From Bacilli bacterium (GTDB lineage Bacteria; Bacillota_I; Bacilli_A; RFN20; UBA1709), in assembly GCA_050949315.1 (NCBI GenBank), contig JBMNFL010000001.1, positions 416,001 to 480,000 of the forward strand: a DNA stretch of 64,000 nucleotides, given 5' to 3'. Below the pieces are notes generated by a model that was not told the origin of the DNA, did not search any database, and saw nothing but the letters and a program-made list of their open reading frames with translations. Below, in pieces: positions 19,402-28,287 of the stretch. Position 1 is the stretch's first letter. The number at the start of each line of letters is the position of its first letter. The translations under genes and the position numbers were made by a program.

Positions 19402-19618
19402 AACATCTACCTAATTTACTTTTATACGATTATGATAACACAATACCCTTTTAAAATATAATAAAAACTCCCTTCCTGGAATAAATTGGCGGTTAGTGTG
19501 ATAACGTCTTGGCGGCTCTTGTTACACCATTCTTGAACACATATTCACACATTTTGTGGTGAAGGCACATTTCTTCGGTTATACTATTCATGAGAAAGTT
19601 CCTTTAGGAGGTGAAAAT

Positions 19619-19951
19619 ATGTCATTAAAAATACCTAGTTTAGGAAAAATACTACACGGAAATTACGACTATATAATCGGAATATCAAGAAATAAGACTG
19701 TCATACTTACAATTAAAGTAATGACTCCTTACAAAAACGCTCCTGGTACTCATGTTCGTTTTTATAATTTTGAATTTGTTGAAGATAATAGATTTACGGA
19801 GAAAGGAATTTATAAATTAGTAAATCAAGCAATGAGAAATTCTTATAAAGATAGACACGCAGTAAAATTTAGTTTATTTGAAGAGAGAATATATGTTTAT
19901 TTATTGGATGGTTCTGACAGCATGGAGTTTACTGGAAGATTTTATAAATAA
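19619..19951 (+). CDS. Hypothetical protein
   Basis: AGGAGGTG RBS before ATG 19619; no recognised motif. Confidence 0.6.
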   Translation: MSLKIPSLGKILHGNYDYIIGISRNKTVILTIKVMTPYKNAPGTHVRFYNFEFVEDNRFTEKGIYKLVNQAMRNSYKDRHAVKFSLFEERIYVYLLDGSDSMEFTGRFYK

Positions 19952-20330
19952 TAACTGTTAAACAATTTATCGAATTATTTGAAAAATTATTTTCGATAGC
20001 ACTTTTTATTAAGAAATAATGAAAGCTATAGTATAATAACGAAGAGCATTAACAAAATAGAGAGGATAACAATGGCTAAAAATGAAAGAGCAAAATTAGA
20101 ATTACAAATCAAAAATATAAGCTAATATAGGCCAATTGGGACCATAGTTTTTTAACAAATCCCTGTATTTTCATTTTTAGTGTTGCTATCTTCAAAACCA
20201 CATAAAATATGTCCGTTATCTGAATATATGTTTTTATTATGTAATATAAAAACATATAAAAGTTTGTTTTATTTTCACTCTGTGGTTTTATTTACGACTA
20301 TTGCACAATATTGATTTTTTCTATATGAAA

Positions 20331-20966
20331 TTACCAATATCTTCTGTATTTATGTTTAATATCACTAAAATGAACTTGCCTAGCAATGGGATGCTTAGTT
20401 TTTTCATAAGCCTTATTAATAAATATATCCGGATTAGACATAAATTCAGAATATCTACACAAAACAGCAAACTGACCATCTTCATCATAATGATCACAAT
20501 TACCATTCTTGGATAACCAGTAATTCTCATGAAATTCTCTGATAACAGTACTATCACTAATATCCATAATTTCGATTATTTTTCCACAACGTTCACACCG
20601 CTGCTTCCCATTAAAATTTTTTTGTTCCATAGATGGCAATACAATTCCCAAAAGTCCATCCCTAGGATTTCCTTTTCGATTATAAAGAGTAGCTTGAAGT
20701 TCTCTAATAATAAAATTTTGTTTATTAAACCCTCTTTCATCAAATCCCTCGTTTTCTGAAGAATGTTCGCCAATCAAAAATAAAGTAACTGTTGAATTGT
20801 TCATATAATCCCTTCGTATCACTTGCATAACATAATCTATATCTTTTGAATCTATCCACTTATCCAACGATTTACCTTGAATACGTTCTCTACCCAATTT
20901 TTCGAGAATTTTATCTTTATAATAAGTATCCTCTTTTTTAAAACTTATAAAGCAACAATGTGACAT
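20331..20966 (-). CDS. thsB: Thoeris ThsB-like TIR-domain protein (DUF1863) with CxxC insertion
   Basis: CFISFK, STVTLFLIG, FIIRELQATL (putative catalytic Glu), GLLGIVLP, CERCG; GGAGG RBS before ATG 20966. Confidence 0.8.
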   Translation of the reverse strand: MSHCCFISFKKEDTYYKDKILEKLGRERIQGKSLDKWIDSKDIDYVMQVIRRDYMNNSTVTLFLIGEHSSENEGFDERGFNKQNFIIRELQATLYNRKGNPRDGLLGIVLPSMEQKNFNGKQRCERCGKIIEIMDISDSTVIREFHENYWLSKNGNCDHYDEDGQFAVLCRYSEFMSNPDIFINKAYEKTKHPIARQVHFSDIKHKYRRYW

Positions 20967-20979
20967 ATAAAAAATCCTC

Positions 20980-21861
20980 CTATTTAAAAATTGATACCTT
21001 ATCTTTATCTTCTGTAAAAACAACTATATTAATTGTGCCATGTAAATGCTGTTCGTCTGTTAAAATTGATGATTTAATTATTTTAAAAGCTTGTTGATGA
21101 TTTAAATCCGCCCTTGATCTTCCAGTTCCAAACAAAGGTATATATATTGGATATTCCTGCCCGTTTTTATCATAAAATTCCAACAAGTCATCAACACAAT
21201 TTCTAATATTCTTACGGGATGTTGTTGCCCTATTGTTCTTGTCAAAACACGATATAGCAATTAAATAAAACGTTGTATCATTCTTTCCACTTATCGTAAT
21301 GATACTTCCCAATGGATAAGATTTTGTATTGCCTCTAGGTTTGTCTTTCTTAGAATATTCCCTTATTGGATTAATGTTCCTGTTTTTAAGATCAGTTTCT
21401 ATTAATTTATTTAATGCTATGTAATCATAACCGAGTTCATTCATATATTTTAACCATTGACCATGTATGGTTTTTAAAGAAACCAACGGATTATTTTGAG
21501 TCAAGTTTTCATCTATTATAGTTTCAAATGTATCATTAACGGGTATTACAATTATTTTTTTATCCTTGGTTTTATTAATCTCAAATATGTCTCCATAAAA
21601 TGCTAAAACCTTATTTTTACCATTAGCCCATAAACATTTTCTTTCTAAGATACTAACTATAAGAATTGTAGATAATAAAAAACTAAATATAATAATTGAT
21701 ACGAAAATTAATATTTTTTCCAACACATTAAAAATTTTTAAATCAATCCAAGTGATAAAAACCAGTAAGATACTAATTGCTGAAAACAAAAAAGCATCTA
21801 TTTTTAGAGTTAAGTTTACTATTGGTTTAAAATTTAATTTTATTTTTTCATGGAACTTCAT
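20980..21861 (-). CDS. thsA: Thoeris type II ThsA-like effector (2 TM helices plus macro domain)
   Basis: Two N-terminal TM helices, then YGDIF, VIPVNDTF, YPLGS, IPLFGTGRS macro-type motifs; directly upstream of the TIR gene. Confidence 0.75.
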   Translation of the reverse strand: MKFHEKIKLNFKPIVNLTLKIDAFLFSAISILLVFITWIDLKIFNVLEKILIFVSIIIFSFLLSTILIVSILERKCLWANGKNKVLAFYGDIFEINKTKDKKIIVIPVNDTFETIIDENLTQNNPLVSLKTIHGQWLKYMNELGYDYIALNKLIETDLKNRNINPIREYSKKDKPRGNTKSYPLGSIITISGKNDTTFYLIAISCFDKNNRATTSRKNIRNCVDDLLEFYDKNGQEYPIYIPLFGTGRSRADLNHQQAFKIIKSSILTDEQHLHGTINIVVFTEDKDKVSIFK

Positions 21862-21984
21862 AAATGGTCTCCTCGCTATTTAAAAACGATTTAATATTAA
21901 GAAATTAAATATGAGTAACAAACATTCTTTTATAACTTCTTTTTATTCTCTCAACGATTGTTATTAAAATATAACTCTCATATT

Positions 21985-22725
21985 TTATTCTTTTTCTCGC
22001 TCAAAATGTATTCTCCAAAGTTTTTCAACATCACTATAACTTGCATGTTGATTTTTCGGAGTGTTGGTATCTCCGATACGTGTGTATATTCGATTTGCAT
22101 CAATACTCCTGTATTTTTCAGTCAAATAAAAAGGAACATTTTTGGAACTTTTGCATATTATAACAAGTTTTTTATACGTATAAAACAAGTTTTTTATTTC
22201 TATTTCGGGTAAATTACCACCGACAAACTTTAGTTTTTTTAGAAAATCAAATACGTTATTTGATGTGCATTTTTCATCAACACCCACTACAGAATAATTG
22301 TCTGTTACTCCTAATATTAAATATGCATCTTTATTTTTGAGATTGTTTGATAAACATAATATATCATGCAATAAAGTTTCATTATCGCTATACATACATT
22401 GCTTAAAATCATAGTCAAAATCTTCTTTGTTTGAACGTATTAACTTTATAATTTTCGCATTTAATGGATCTGGCTCAAACTCCTTGCATTTCAATCCATC
22501 AACTATTTTTTTCAAGATTTTTGTTTCACCATTAGCCAGCTTCCCATTTATAACTGTATTATGAACACGATTAGAGTCGTAAATGGTTATAATTGCTCCA
22601 CTATTACTGAATTTTATTTGCCAATTTGTCCCATTGTTCGTTCTTTCTAAGCAATCACTTATTTCGTAACCAATATTTTTAAGTCCAACTTTAATGTATT
22701 CTATATCAACACTAACTTTGCTCAT
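21985..22725 (-). CDS. Schlafen/AlbA_2 domain protein with extra N-terminal domain
   Basis: EDFDYDFK, LLHDILCLSN, YLILGVTD..VVGV, IYTRIGDTNTP; GGAG RBS before ATG 22725. Confidence 0.78.
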   Translation of the reverse strand: MSKVSVDIEYIKVGLKNIGYEISDCLERTNNGTNWQIKFSNSGAIITIYDSNRVHNTVINGKLANGETKILKKIVDGLKCKEFEPDPLNAKIIKLIRSNKEDFDYDFKQCMYSDNETLLHDILCLSNNLKNKDAYLILGVTDNYSVVGVDEKCTSNNVFDFLKKLKFVGGNLPEIEIKNLFYTYKKLVIICKSSKNVPFYLTEKYRSIDANRIYTRIGDTNTPKNQHASYSDVEKLWRIHFEREKE

Positions 22726-22910
22726 TTGATATCTCCATAACAAAGATTCTTCTATCTGTCTCTTCAGCACTAAATATTTAATAGATATATTGCATAAACG
22801 TTGTTTGATCTCAAATTGAACACCACGATATTTTCTTTTTCCATTTGTACTTCTATTCTAAATTCTTTCAATAAAAATAGCAAAGGTGAAACACAAACTA
22901 CATGAATGAC

Positions 22911-23366
22911 TTATTGGTTTTTCTCTGAATTATTTGAATTGTCATCAATAATAGAAGGTATTTTTTTGTTTAAAATAGTTGTGATAATAAAAACAACAAG
23001 AAACGCAAAAAAAGTGGCGGAACCAAAAATAGGAACACCAAGCAATCTATCAAATCCAAATATATTATATAGTGCAGATATAAAAAGATATGTGAAAAAT
23101 TCCGCGTTAAAGTTTTCTATTATTATTTTCCAAAATTTTATATTTTTTGCAAAACATTTTTTTTCTAAGATAGCAAAAACTATCGGAAAGAACAAATAAA
23201 CGAGAAATCTATACAAAATGAGTAATAAAAAGGCATCTAGTTCGAAATCGGGTCCAAAATAGACATGACTATCAAATTTCGCTGACCATTTCAAAAAGTA
23301 GGCAATAACCAAAACACAAACAAACGCAAGCAGAAAAAAAATACATTTTAAAATAAATTTTCTCAT
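22911..23366 (-). CDS. Hypothetical membrane protein
   Basis: About 4 TM segments; start overlaps stop of the upstream gene. Confidence 0.6.
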   Translation of the reverse strand: MRKFILKCIFFLLAFVCVLVIAYFLKWSAKFDSHVYFGPDFELDAFLLLILYRFLVYLFFPIVFAILEKKCFAKNIKFWKIIIENFNAEFFTYLFISALYNIFGFDRLLGVPIFGSATFFAFLVVFIITTILNKKIPSIIDDNSNNSEKNQ

Positions 23367-23698
23367 TATAATGCCTCAAGCAGTGCTTTTATGTTTTCTA
23401 AAAAAGTCCTATGAATATTGCTGACTTTTAAAAATTCTTTTCTTAATTTTTCTTTCATTTCTGCAGATAATCTATCTCTACTATCGCAAATATCCTCAAT
23501 AAAAAATAAACATTTGCTTTTTTTATCTTTGAAAAAAGATTTAAAAAAATCTTTTGAATCTTTGAAAAACGAATCTTTATCAAATTCCTTTAATATTGTT
23601 TTTAAACTTTGATAAATTTTATTTAGTTCTTTTGTGGAACATGAATTAATATCATCTATAATGTTTTTCTTCGTGGCTTCAAAACTCGCATCTTTCAT
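23366..23698 (-). CDS. Hypothetical protein
   Basis: AAAGGAG RBS, 110-aa ORF. Confidence 0.55.
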   Translation of the reverse strand: MKDASFEATKKNIIDDINSCSTKELNKIYQSLKTILKEFDKDSFFKDSKDFFKSFFKDKKSKCLFFIEDICDSRDRLSAEMKEKLRKEFLKVSNIHRTFLENIKALLEAL

Positions 23699-23920
23699 AA
23701 TTTACCATCTCCTTTCTTTATTGTACATATCTACAAATATTCAGAAATTCGTTCGTTTGTTTCAGAAATAAACTGAGACTATAACAGACAGTAGCTAATT
23801 TCCATTTATTGTTTGAACAGGCTTTTTAGTAACACGCTTCCCAAAACATGTATTTGTCCAATTTTTAATCCAAATTAAGGGAGCAGTTTTGTAAATTTTG
23901 TGTTGGGTGACCTATTTTGA

Positions 23921-24000
23921 TACACCAACGCACCCCTACTAAAATTTGCGCACCCCAGTGTTTTTTTGCGCACCCTTATGGAATTTTACACACCCTTAAA
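23921..24000. repeat. Four direct repeats, 20-bp period, core (t)gcgCACCC
   Basis: CACCC at 23931, 23951, 23971, 23991. Confidence 0.8.
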
Positions 24001-24067
24001 ATTGACGGCTTTATTATGCGGTTTTTAGCAGAAAAACTAAATTCTTTATCGTGGATTATTGACTATA

Positions 24068-24961
24068 TTAGTTATTAATTCTTTTGCGCAATATTTCGTG
24101 ATAAATAAAACTAGGAATCAGACTCAAAATAACTACCGAAAGTAAGTAAGCATTCCAGTCTTTAAAAGTAATCAAAACTACTAAAAGGCCAATACTAGAA
24201 AAGATTAAACCACTTATACTTTGAAAATTGTTAATCTTTTTCCATGCTTTATTATTCGATAATGTAAAATTCGTTCTTAATCCAAAAAGAACATTTCTTT
24301 TTTTATTAAATATTGGTGATGAGAATATACTCAGTACTATGAAAAGTGACAGCATCATTCCAGTGATGGCTGGAATCATTAAAGACAACTCATCTACATT
24401 TGAAAAAGCCATCCAAATATACCATATAGTTGCTGCAAACTGTGAAACTAATAAGATAGTTTGTGTTGGTATTAGACCAGATGAAAACTCTCTTTTCTTT
24501 TTGGCATAATAAAAATGAATAAAAGAACTGTTCACAAAAAAGAATAGATAAAAGAACATAAAGAATAGAGTTTCCCACTTGGAACCATATCTAGTAATAT
24601 TACCATTGATATCCCAATGCATGGGAATACTTTGAGGCATCATTCTTATTAGAACTACTGTTAATAAAGTCCCAAATATGAGGAATGCTCCATTTGCTAT
24701 AAAAAGTTTATTCTCTAGTTTAAGTTGTCTTTCTTCTTTTGTTGTAACTATATCTTTATCATCGTCGACTAATTCAGAAATACTCACATCGAATATTAAA
24801 CATATTTCCTTGATTGTTTCGAGATTTGGTTCTGACTGACCTTGTTCCCATTTAGAAATACTTTGTCTTGTAATATGTAATTTAGTGGCAAGATCATCTT
24901 GAGTCATGTTTTTACTTATTCTAAGCTGTTTTAGTTTTTCTTTAAATTCCATTTTATTCAA
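24068..24961 (-). CDS. XRE-HTH fused to DUF1648/SdpI immunity-like membrane domain
   Basis: LKQLR..MTQDDLA..ITRQSISKWEQG; IPMHWDING; NVLFGLRT..W. Confidence 0.85.
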   Translation of the reverse strand: MNKMEFKEKLKQLRISKNMTQDDLATKLHITRQSISKWEQGQSEPNLETIKEICLIFDVSISELVDDDKDIVTTKEERQLKLENKLFIANGAFLIFGTLLTVVLIRMMPQSIPMHWDINGNITRYGSKWETLFFMFFYLFFFVNSSFIHFYYAKKKREFSSGLIPTQTILLVSQFAATIWYIWMAFSNVDELSLMIPAITGMMLSLFIVLSIFSSPIFNKKRNVLFGLRTNFTLSNNKAWKKINNFQSISGLIFSSIGLLVVLITFKDWNAYLLSVVILSLIPSFIYHEILRKRINN

Positions 24962-25088
24962 CTCCTTACTTCTATATTTTACAATCTAATGAGGTTTATC
25001 TCACGAACTTTTTTGGCAACTTTAAGTTGCATAAGATAAATTACTCTTAAAATACGATATTTCTTTAAAAATTATCAAATTTACTTGG

Positions 25089-25781
25089 CTATTTCACTTT
25101 ATGATATACATATGTATAATCTTCTACGTTATAATCTTTAATCTTTTTATATTTATCGGATGATGTAACAATATTATCTTCACCAATTGAATCAACTAAT
25201 ATCTTTTGTAAGTATTGATATTCTGCATATTCTTTTAGTGATGCCATCACTAAGGCGTTTCTAAAGTATTTGGCATTTCCCTTAATTAGTTCTGCATTGA
25301 ATGTATGGCCATATTGTCTTAAAAGTAAAAAAGCAAAGGCAGATATTGCTCTAGTGTTACCTTCTCTAAAAGGATGGACTCTCCAAATATCAGCCATGAG
25401 TCTGGTAAATAAATGAATAAAGTCTTCTTTATTTAAATTTTTTAAGTTGTTGTTTTTAAAATATGTTTGATTAATCTTAATTAAATCTTTATCAATCAAA
25501 TTGTATAAACTATATTCTACACTAAGGCCATTTAAAATGGGCTCGCTTTTATAGATATTAATTGATCTAGGTTTCCCGGCCCAATTATAAACATTTTCGA
25601 ACAATATTTCATGAATTTTAAAGATATCATTTGCATAACTAATTTTGAAGTTACTTTTGAACAACATAACAAGTGCTAAATTTGACATTCTATTCTCAAA
25701 TTCATCCAACTTGTTTTTTTCTTTAATATCAGCTTTATTAACTAATACATCACTATCTTTATAGACATATGGATCTTTCAT
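25089..25781 (-). CDS. Fic family protein
   Basis: DPYVY N-terminus, IHEILFENVYNWAG, HPFREGNTR. Confidence 0.9.
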   Translation of the reverse strand: MKDPYVYKDSDVLVNKADIKEKNKLDEFENRMSNLALVMLFKSNFKISYANDIFKIHEILFENVYNWAGKPRSINIYKSEPILNGLSVEYSLYNLIDKDLIKINQTYFKNNNLKNLNKEDFIHLFTRLMADIWRVHPFREGNTRAISAFAFLLLRQYGHTFNAELIKGNAKYFRNALVMASLKEYAEYQYLQKILVDSIGEDNIVTSSDKYKKIKDYNVEDYTYVYHKVK

Positions 25782-26099
25782 TTATATGTTCCTCCCAAGA
25801 GCGAACACCGCAGTTTCGTAATCAATAATACCTTGAGCATAAAGATTAATAATCTTATTAGCATATTTAGAAACTTCCTTCCCACCCGTTAAATTGATTG
25901 CTTTAGCTAAACTTTCTATTTCTATTATTTTTTCTTCACTTTCTAAAACAACATCAAAAGGGATACCTCTTTTTGCTTCAATTTGTTTTAAATACATGTT
26001 AATTGCAAAAGACAAAGACAGACCTAATTCTTCTAAAATTATTTCAACATTATTTTTAAGTTGATCGTTAACTCTTACATGAACAACACTATTTTTCAT
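25782..26099 (-). CDS. RelB/DinJ-like antitoxin with VbhA-like C-terminal extension
   Basis: VHVRV..LK, LGLSLSFAINMYLKQI, RGIPF; C-terminal LYAQGIIDYE; immediately upstream of fic. Confidence 0.75.
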   Translation of the reverse strand: MKNSVVHVRVNDQLKNNVEIILEELGLSLSFAINMYLKQIEAKRGIPFDVVLESEEKIIEIESLAKAINLTGGKEVSKYANKIINLYAQGIIDYETAVFALGRNI

Positions 26100-26118
26100 A
26101 TCATTTCACCTCAAATAT

Positions 26119-26147
26119 ATTGTATCACATTTGAAACACGTTATCAA
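26119..26147 (-). promoter_or_regulatory. Promoter with overlapping imperfect palindrome for the antitoxin-fic operon
   Basis: TTGATA-17-TACAAT on minus strand; tgtatca/tgaaaca inverted repeat at 26121-26138. Confidence 0.55.
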
Positions 26148-26313
26148 GTTATTAAAAGATAATTATCGTGTGTGTCGAATTAATTGACAGCAAATAAGAA
26201 TCAACTAATGCTTTTAAGGAATGCCTACTATATATTTTCATTTCGCACTTTTAAACGAAATTATGGTCTACCTTTTAGTCTACTTGTTTATAAAATAAAG
26301 TATCCATCATGTA

Positions 26314-26389
26314 GTAATCGTTAAATCGTAGGGTAATCGTTAAATTGTTCCCTAAACGTTAAATCGTTGTGTAATCGTTAAATCGTACG
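26314..26389. repeat. Four 19-bp tandem direct repeats, consensus GTAATCGTTAAATCGTnnn
   Basis: Units start at 26314, 26333, 26352, 26371. Confidence 0.9.
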
Positions 26390-26538
26390 AACAATTTGAT
26401 TAATTTATCTTTGAATTAGCAAAAATTGATTGAGAATTAACTTTTTCATTGATTTTTTTGTTGTTTTTTAACTGTTTTCAACTAAAAAAGATAAAAAAGT
26501 CCAACACTTAATGACGTATCAGACTAATGCTTTATATA

Positions 26539-26907
26539 TGGTGGAGATGACGGGAGTCGAACCCGTGTCCAAGAACAATCTTACCGAGGTCACTACAGCT
26601 TAGTCAATCTTAATATTTCGCCGTAACTAGTAAGACCGACAAAAACTAGAAACGACTAGCCTATATGATTTTCTACTAACTCTTATAGGTATTAAGCTAG
26701 CCTAGTCCCTCTTTATTACACAAGCAAGCTGACGGTGGACCAATCATCTGTTGCGTCGCCCCTCCCCAGCGGGGGTCAAAATTCATGAGCTAATTAAGCA
26801 GCGGCGAATTGATAATTTTGATTGCCATTTATTTGGCGTTTGGTTATAACGTAACCACTCGGCTGCGCCCTGGGCTTAACGATCCCTGTCGAAACCGGAA
26901 CATCCCC
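26539..26907 (-). ncRNA. ssrA: tmRNA; tag peptide (A)GNQNYQFAAA encoded at 26794-26826
   Basis: 5' GGGGATGTTCCGGTTTCGAC, 3' GGGTTCGACTCCCGTCATCTCCACCA, ATAAAT resume context, Ala-ending tag. Confidence 0.95.
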
Positions 26908-26917
26908 AAGTGAGTAT

Positions 26918-26946
26918 ATGATACTCAAGTTTCTTTTTCTCGTCAA
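26918..26946 (-). promoter_or_regulatory. ssrA promoter
   Basis: TTGACG-17-TATCAT about 10 nt upstream of the mature 5' end. Confidence 0.7.
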
Positions 26947-27465
26947 CTAACGTACTTCAATGTGGAGATTTTCTAAGACGGCAAAGCTTTTTTCTTGTAT
27001 ATCTAAATCATTACTGCCGGTACAATCTTTAAGCACGACAATCTCAGCATTTGGTAAAATAGTTTTAGCAATGACAGCATTAGTAAAAACACAGATATTA
27101 GAAACAAGACCAACTAATTCCACATAATCATACTTATGACTTTCAAGGTAGCGTGCTAATTCTTTTGAACCAAAAGTCTCCTTCTTAAAGGCTGGATACT
27201 TATCCGCATACTTTTTAAGTCTGCCATAAACTTCATGACCCTTACTGCCCTCTAAGCAATGGGGTATGGGAAGTTTTTTACCTTCCATAGTTTCTAAATA
27301 ATCTTTTTGATGCGTATCTAAGGTAAATACAATATCATCCTTATTCTTCTCAAAAGTTAAAACCCGCTCCAAAATCTTCTCTTCTAAAGCCTCCGCACCT
27401 TCAAAGCCTAAGGCTCCATCTACAAAATCATTTTGATAGTCAACAACAATTAATAGTTTTTTCAT
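26947..27465 (-). CDS. Cysteine hydrolase (isochorismatase/nicotinamidase family)
   Basis: VVDYQNDFVDGALG, DTH, PHC, GLVSNICV. Confidence 0.9.
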   Translation of the reverse strand: MKKLLIVVDYQNDFVDGALGFEGAEALEEKILERVLTFEKNKDDIVFTLDTHQKDYLETMEGKKLPIPHCLEGSKGHEVYGRLKKYADKYPAFKKETFGSKELARYLESHKYDYVELVGLVSNICVFTNAVIAKTILPNAEIVVLKDCTGSNDLDIQEKSFAVLENLHIEVR

Positions 27466-27500
27466 TTTATCTCTCCTCTTTCTTATTATAAACCAAAATT

Positions 27501-28109
27501 TTATTTATTTGTTCTTCGCTTTTCAATTTCTTCCAGTACTTGTTTTATCCAATATGGAACCTTGTTCGTGTTCGTACTTAAGTTCTCTTTAATTCTCTTA
27601 CTATAAATAGCTAATCTTTCCATTTCTTCATCTTTAATGTTTTTTTGTCCTAAAGCCATGATGGCCTGAACTAACAAGACAAACTCCTTAGAATAACGAC
27701 TAATATTTCTGTTGGTTGTCCGCTTAAAAATTATTTTCTTGTCTCTATAAGTATATTCGCGATATGCTCCATCTGATACATAAACATATTCATTAGGTAC
27801 TTGTGTTGATAAACCCGTAAAGTTTAGAGCTGTTTCACCTGTTGGGGCGATAACCCAATTAAATTTTTCGGCTATTTTCTCGGCAACAGCAGCGGCATCA
27901 GAATGACTATATTCTTGCAACACCTTGCTATATTTTGGTTTAACATATAACCCATCGATAAGTCGTTCAATTTTCTTATCTTTATTCAAACGATAAAGCA
28001 CTGATTTAACCGTGTTTTTGGTTCCCAAATCATAAAAATCATTAATTGAAAATATCGTACCTTCCTGCTCATCAAACCTTTTCTCTATTTTACTAGCAAT
28101 ACTTCCCAT
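27501..28109 (-). CDS. AbiEi-type (DUF6088-like) antitoxin/regulator without adjacent toxin
   Basis: N-terminal wHTH, GLYVKP, ALNFTGLSTQVP, SDGAYR; GGAGGTG RBS before ATG 28109. Confidence 0.8.
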   Translation of the reverse strand: MGSIASKIEKRFDEQEGTIFSINDFYDLGTKNTVKSVLYRLNKDKKIERLIDGLYVKPKYSKVLQEYSHSDAAAVAEKIAEKFNWVIAPTGETALNFTGLSTQVPNEYVYVSDGAYREYTYRDKKIIFKRTTNRNISRYSKEFVLLVQAIMALGQKNIKDEEMERLAIYSKRIKENLSTNTNKVPYWIKQVLEEIEKRRTNK

Positions 28110-28125
28110 AATCTCACCTCCTCTA

Positions 28126-28155
28126 TGCACCTAAAATTATACAGTTTTGGGTGCA
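28126..28155. promoter_or_regulatory. Inverted-repeat operator upstream of the AbiEi-like gene
   Basis: tgcacctaaaa-N8-ttttgggtgca (one mismatch). Confidence 0.6.
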
Positions 28156-28287
28156 ATAATACAAGTGGTATTTTTTTATTCGCTTTCTTACAATATTTTC
28201 ACCAGTCATATTTTTCAAATAATTGTAAATAAAAAGATAGGCAAAAAGACTTAAATCATTTAAAATGTAAAGAAGGAGGCACTAGTA

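Noticed and set aside
26200-26535. actaatgcttt occurring near 26204 and 26523 as att sites
   Set aside because: Only 11 bp in AT-rich DNA and not part of the ssrA 3' end; could be chance
26539-26575. tRNA gene
   Set aside because: The T-arm and CCA belong to tmRNA; the matching 5' end and tag ORF are present upstream
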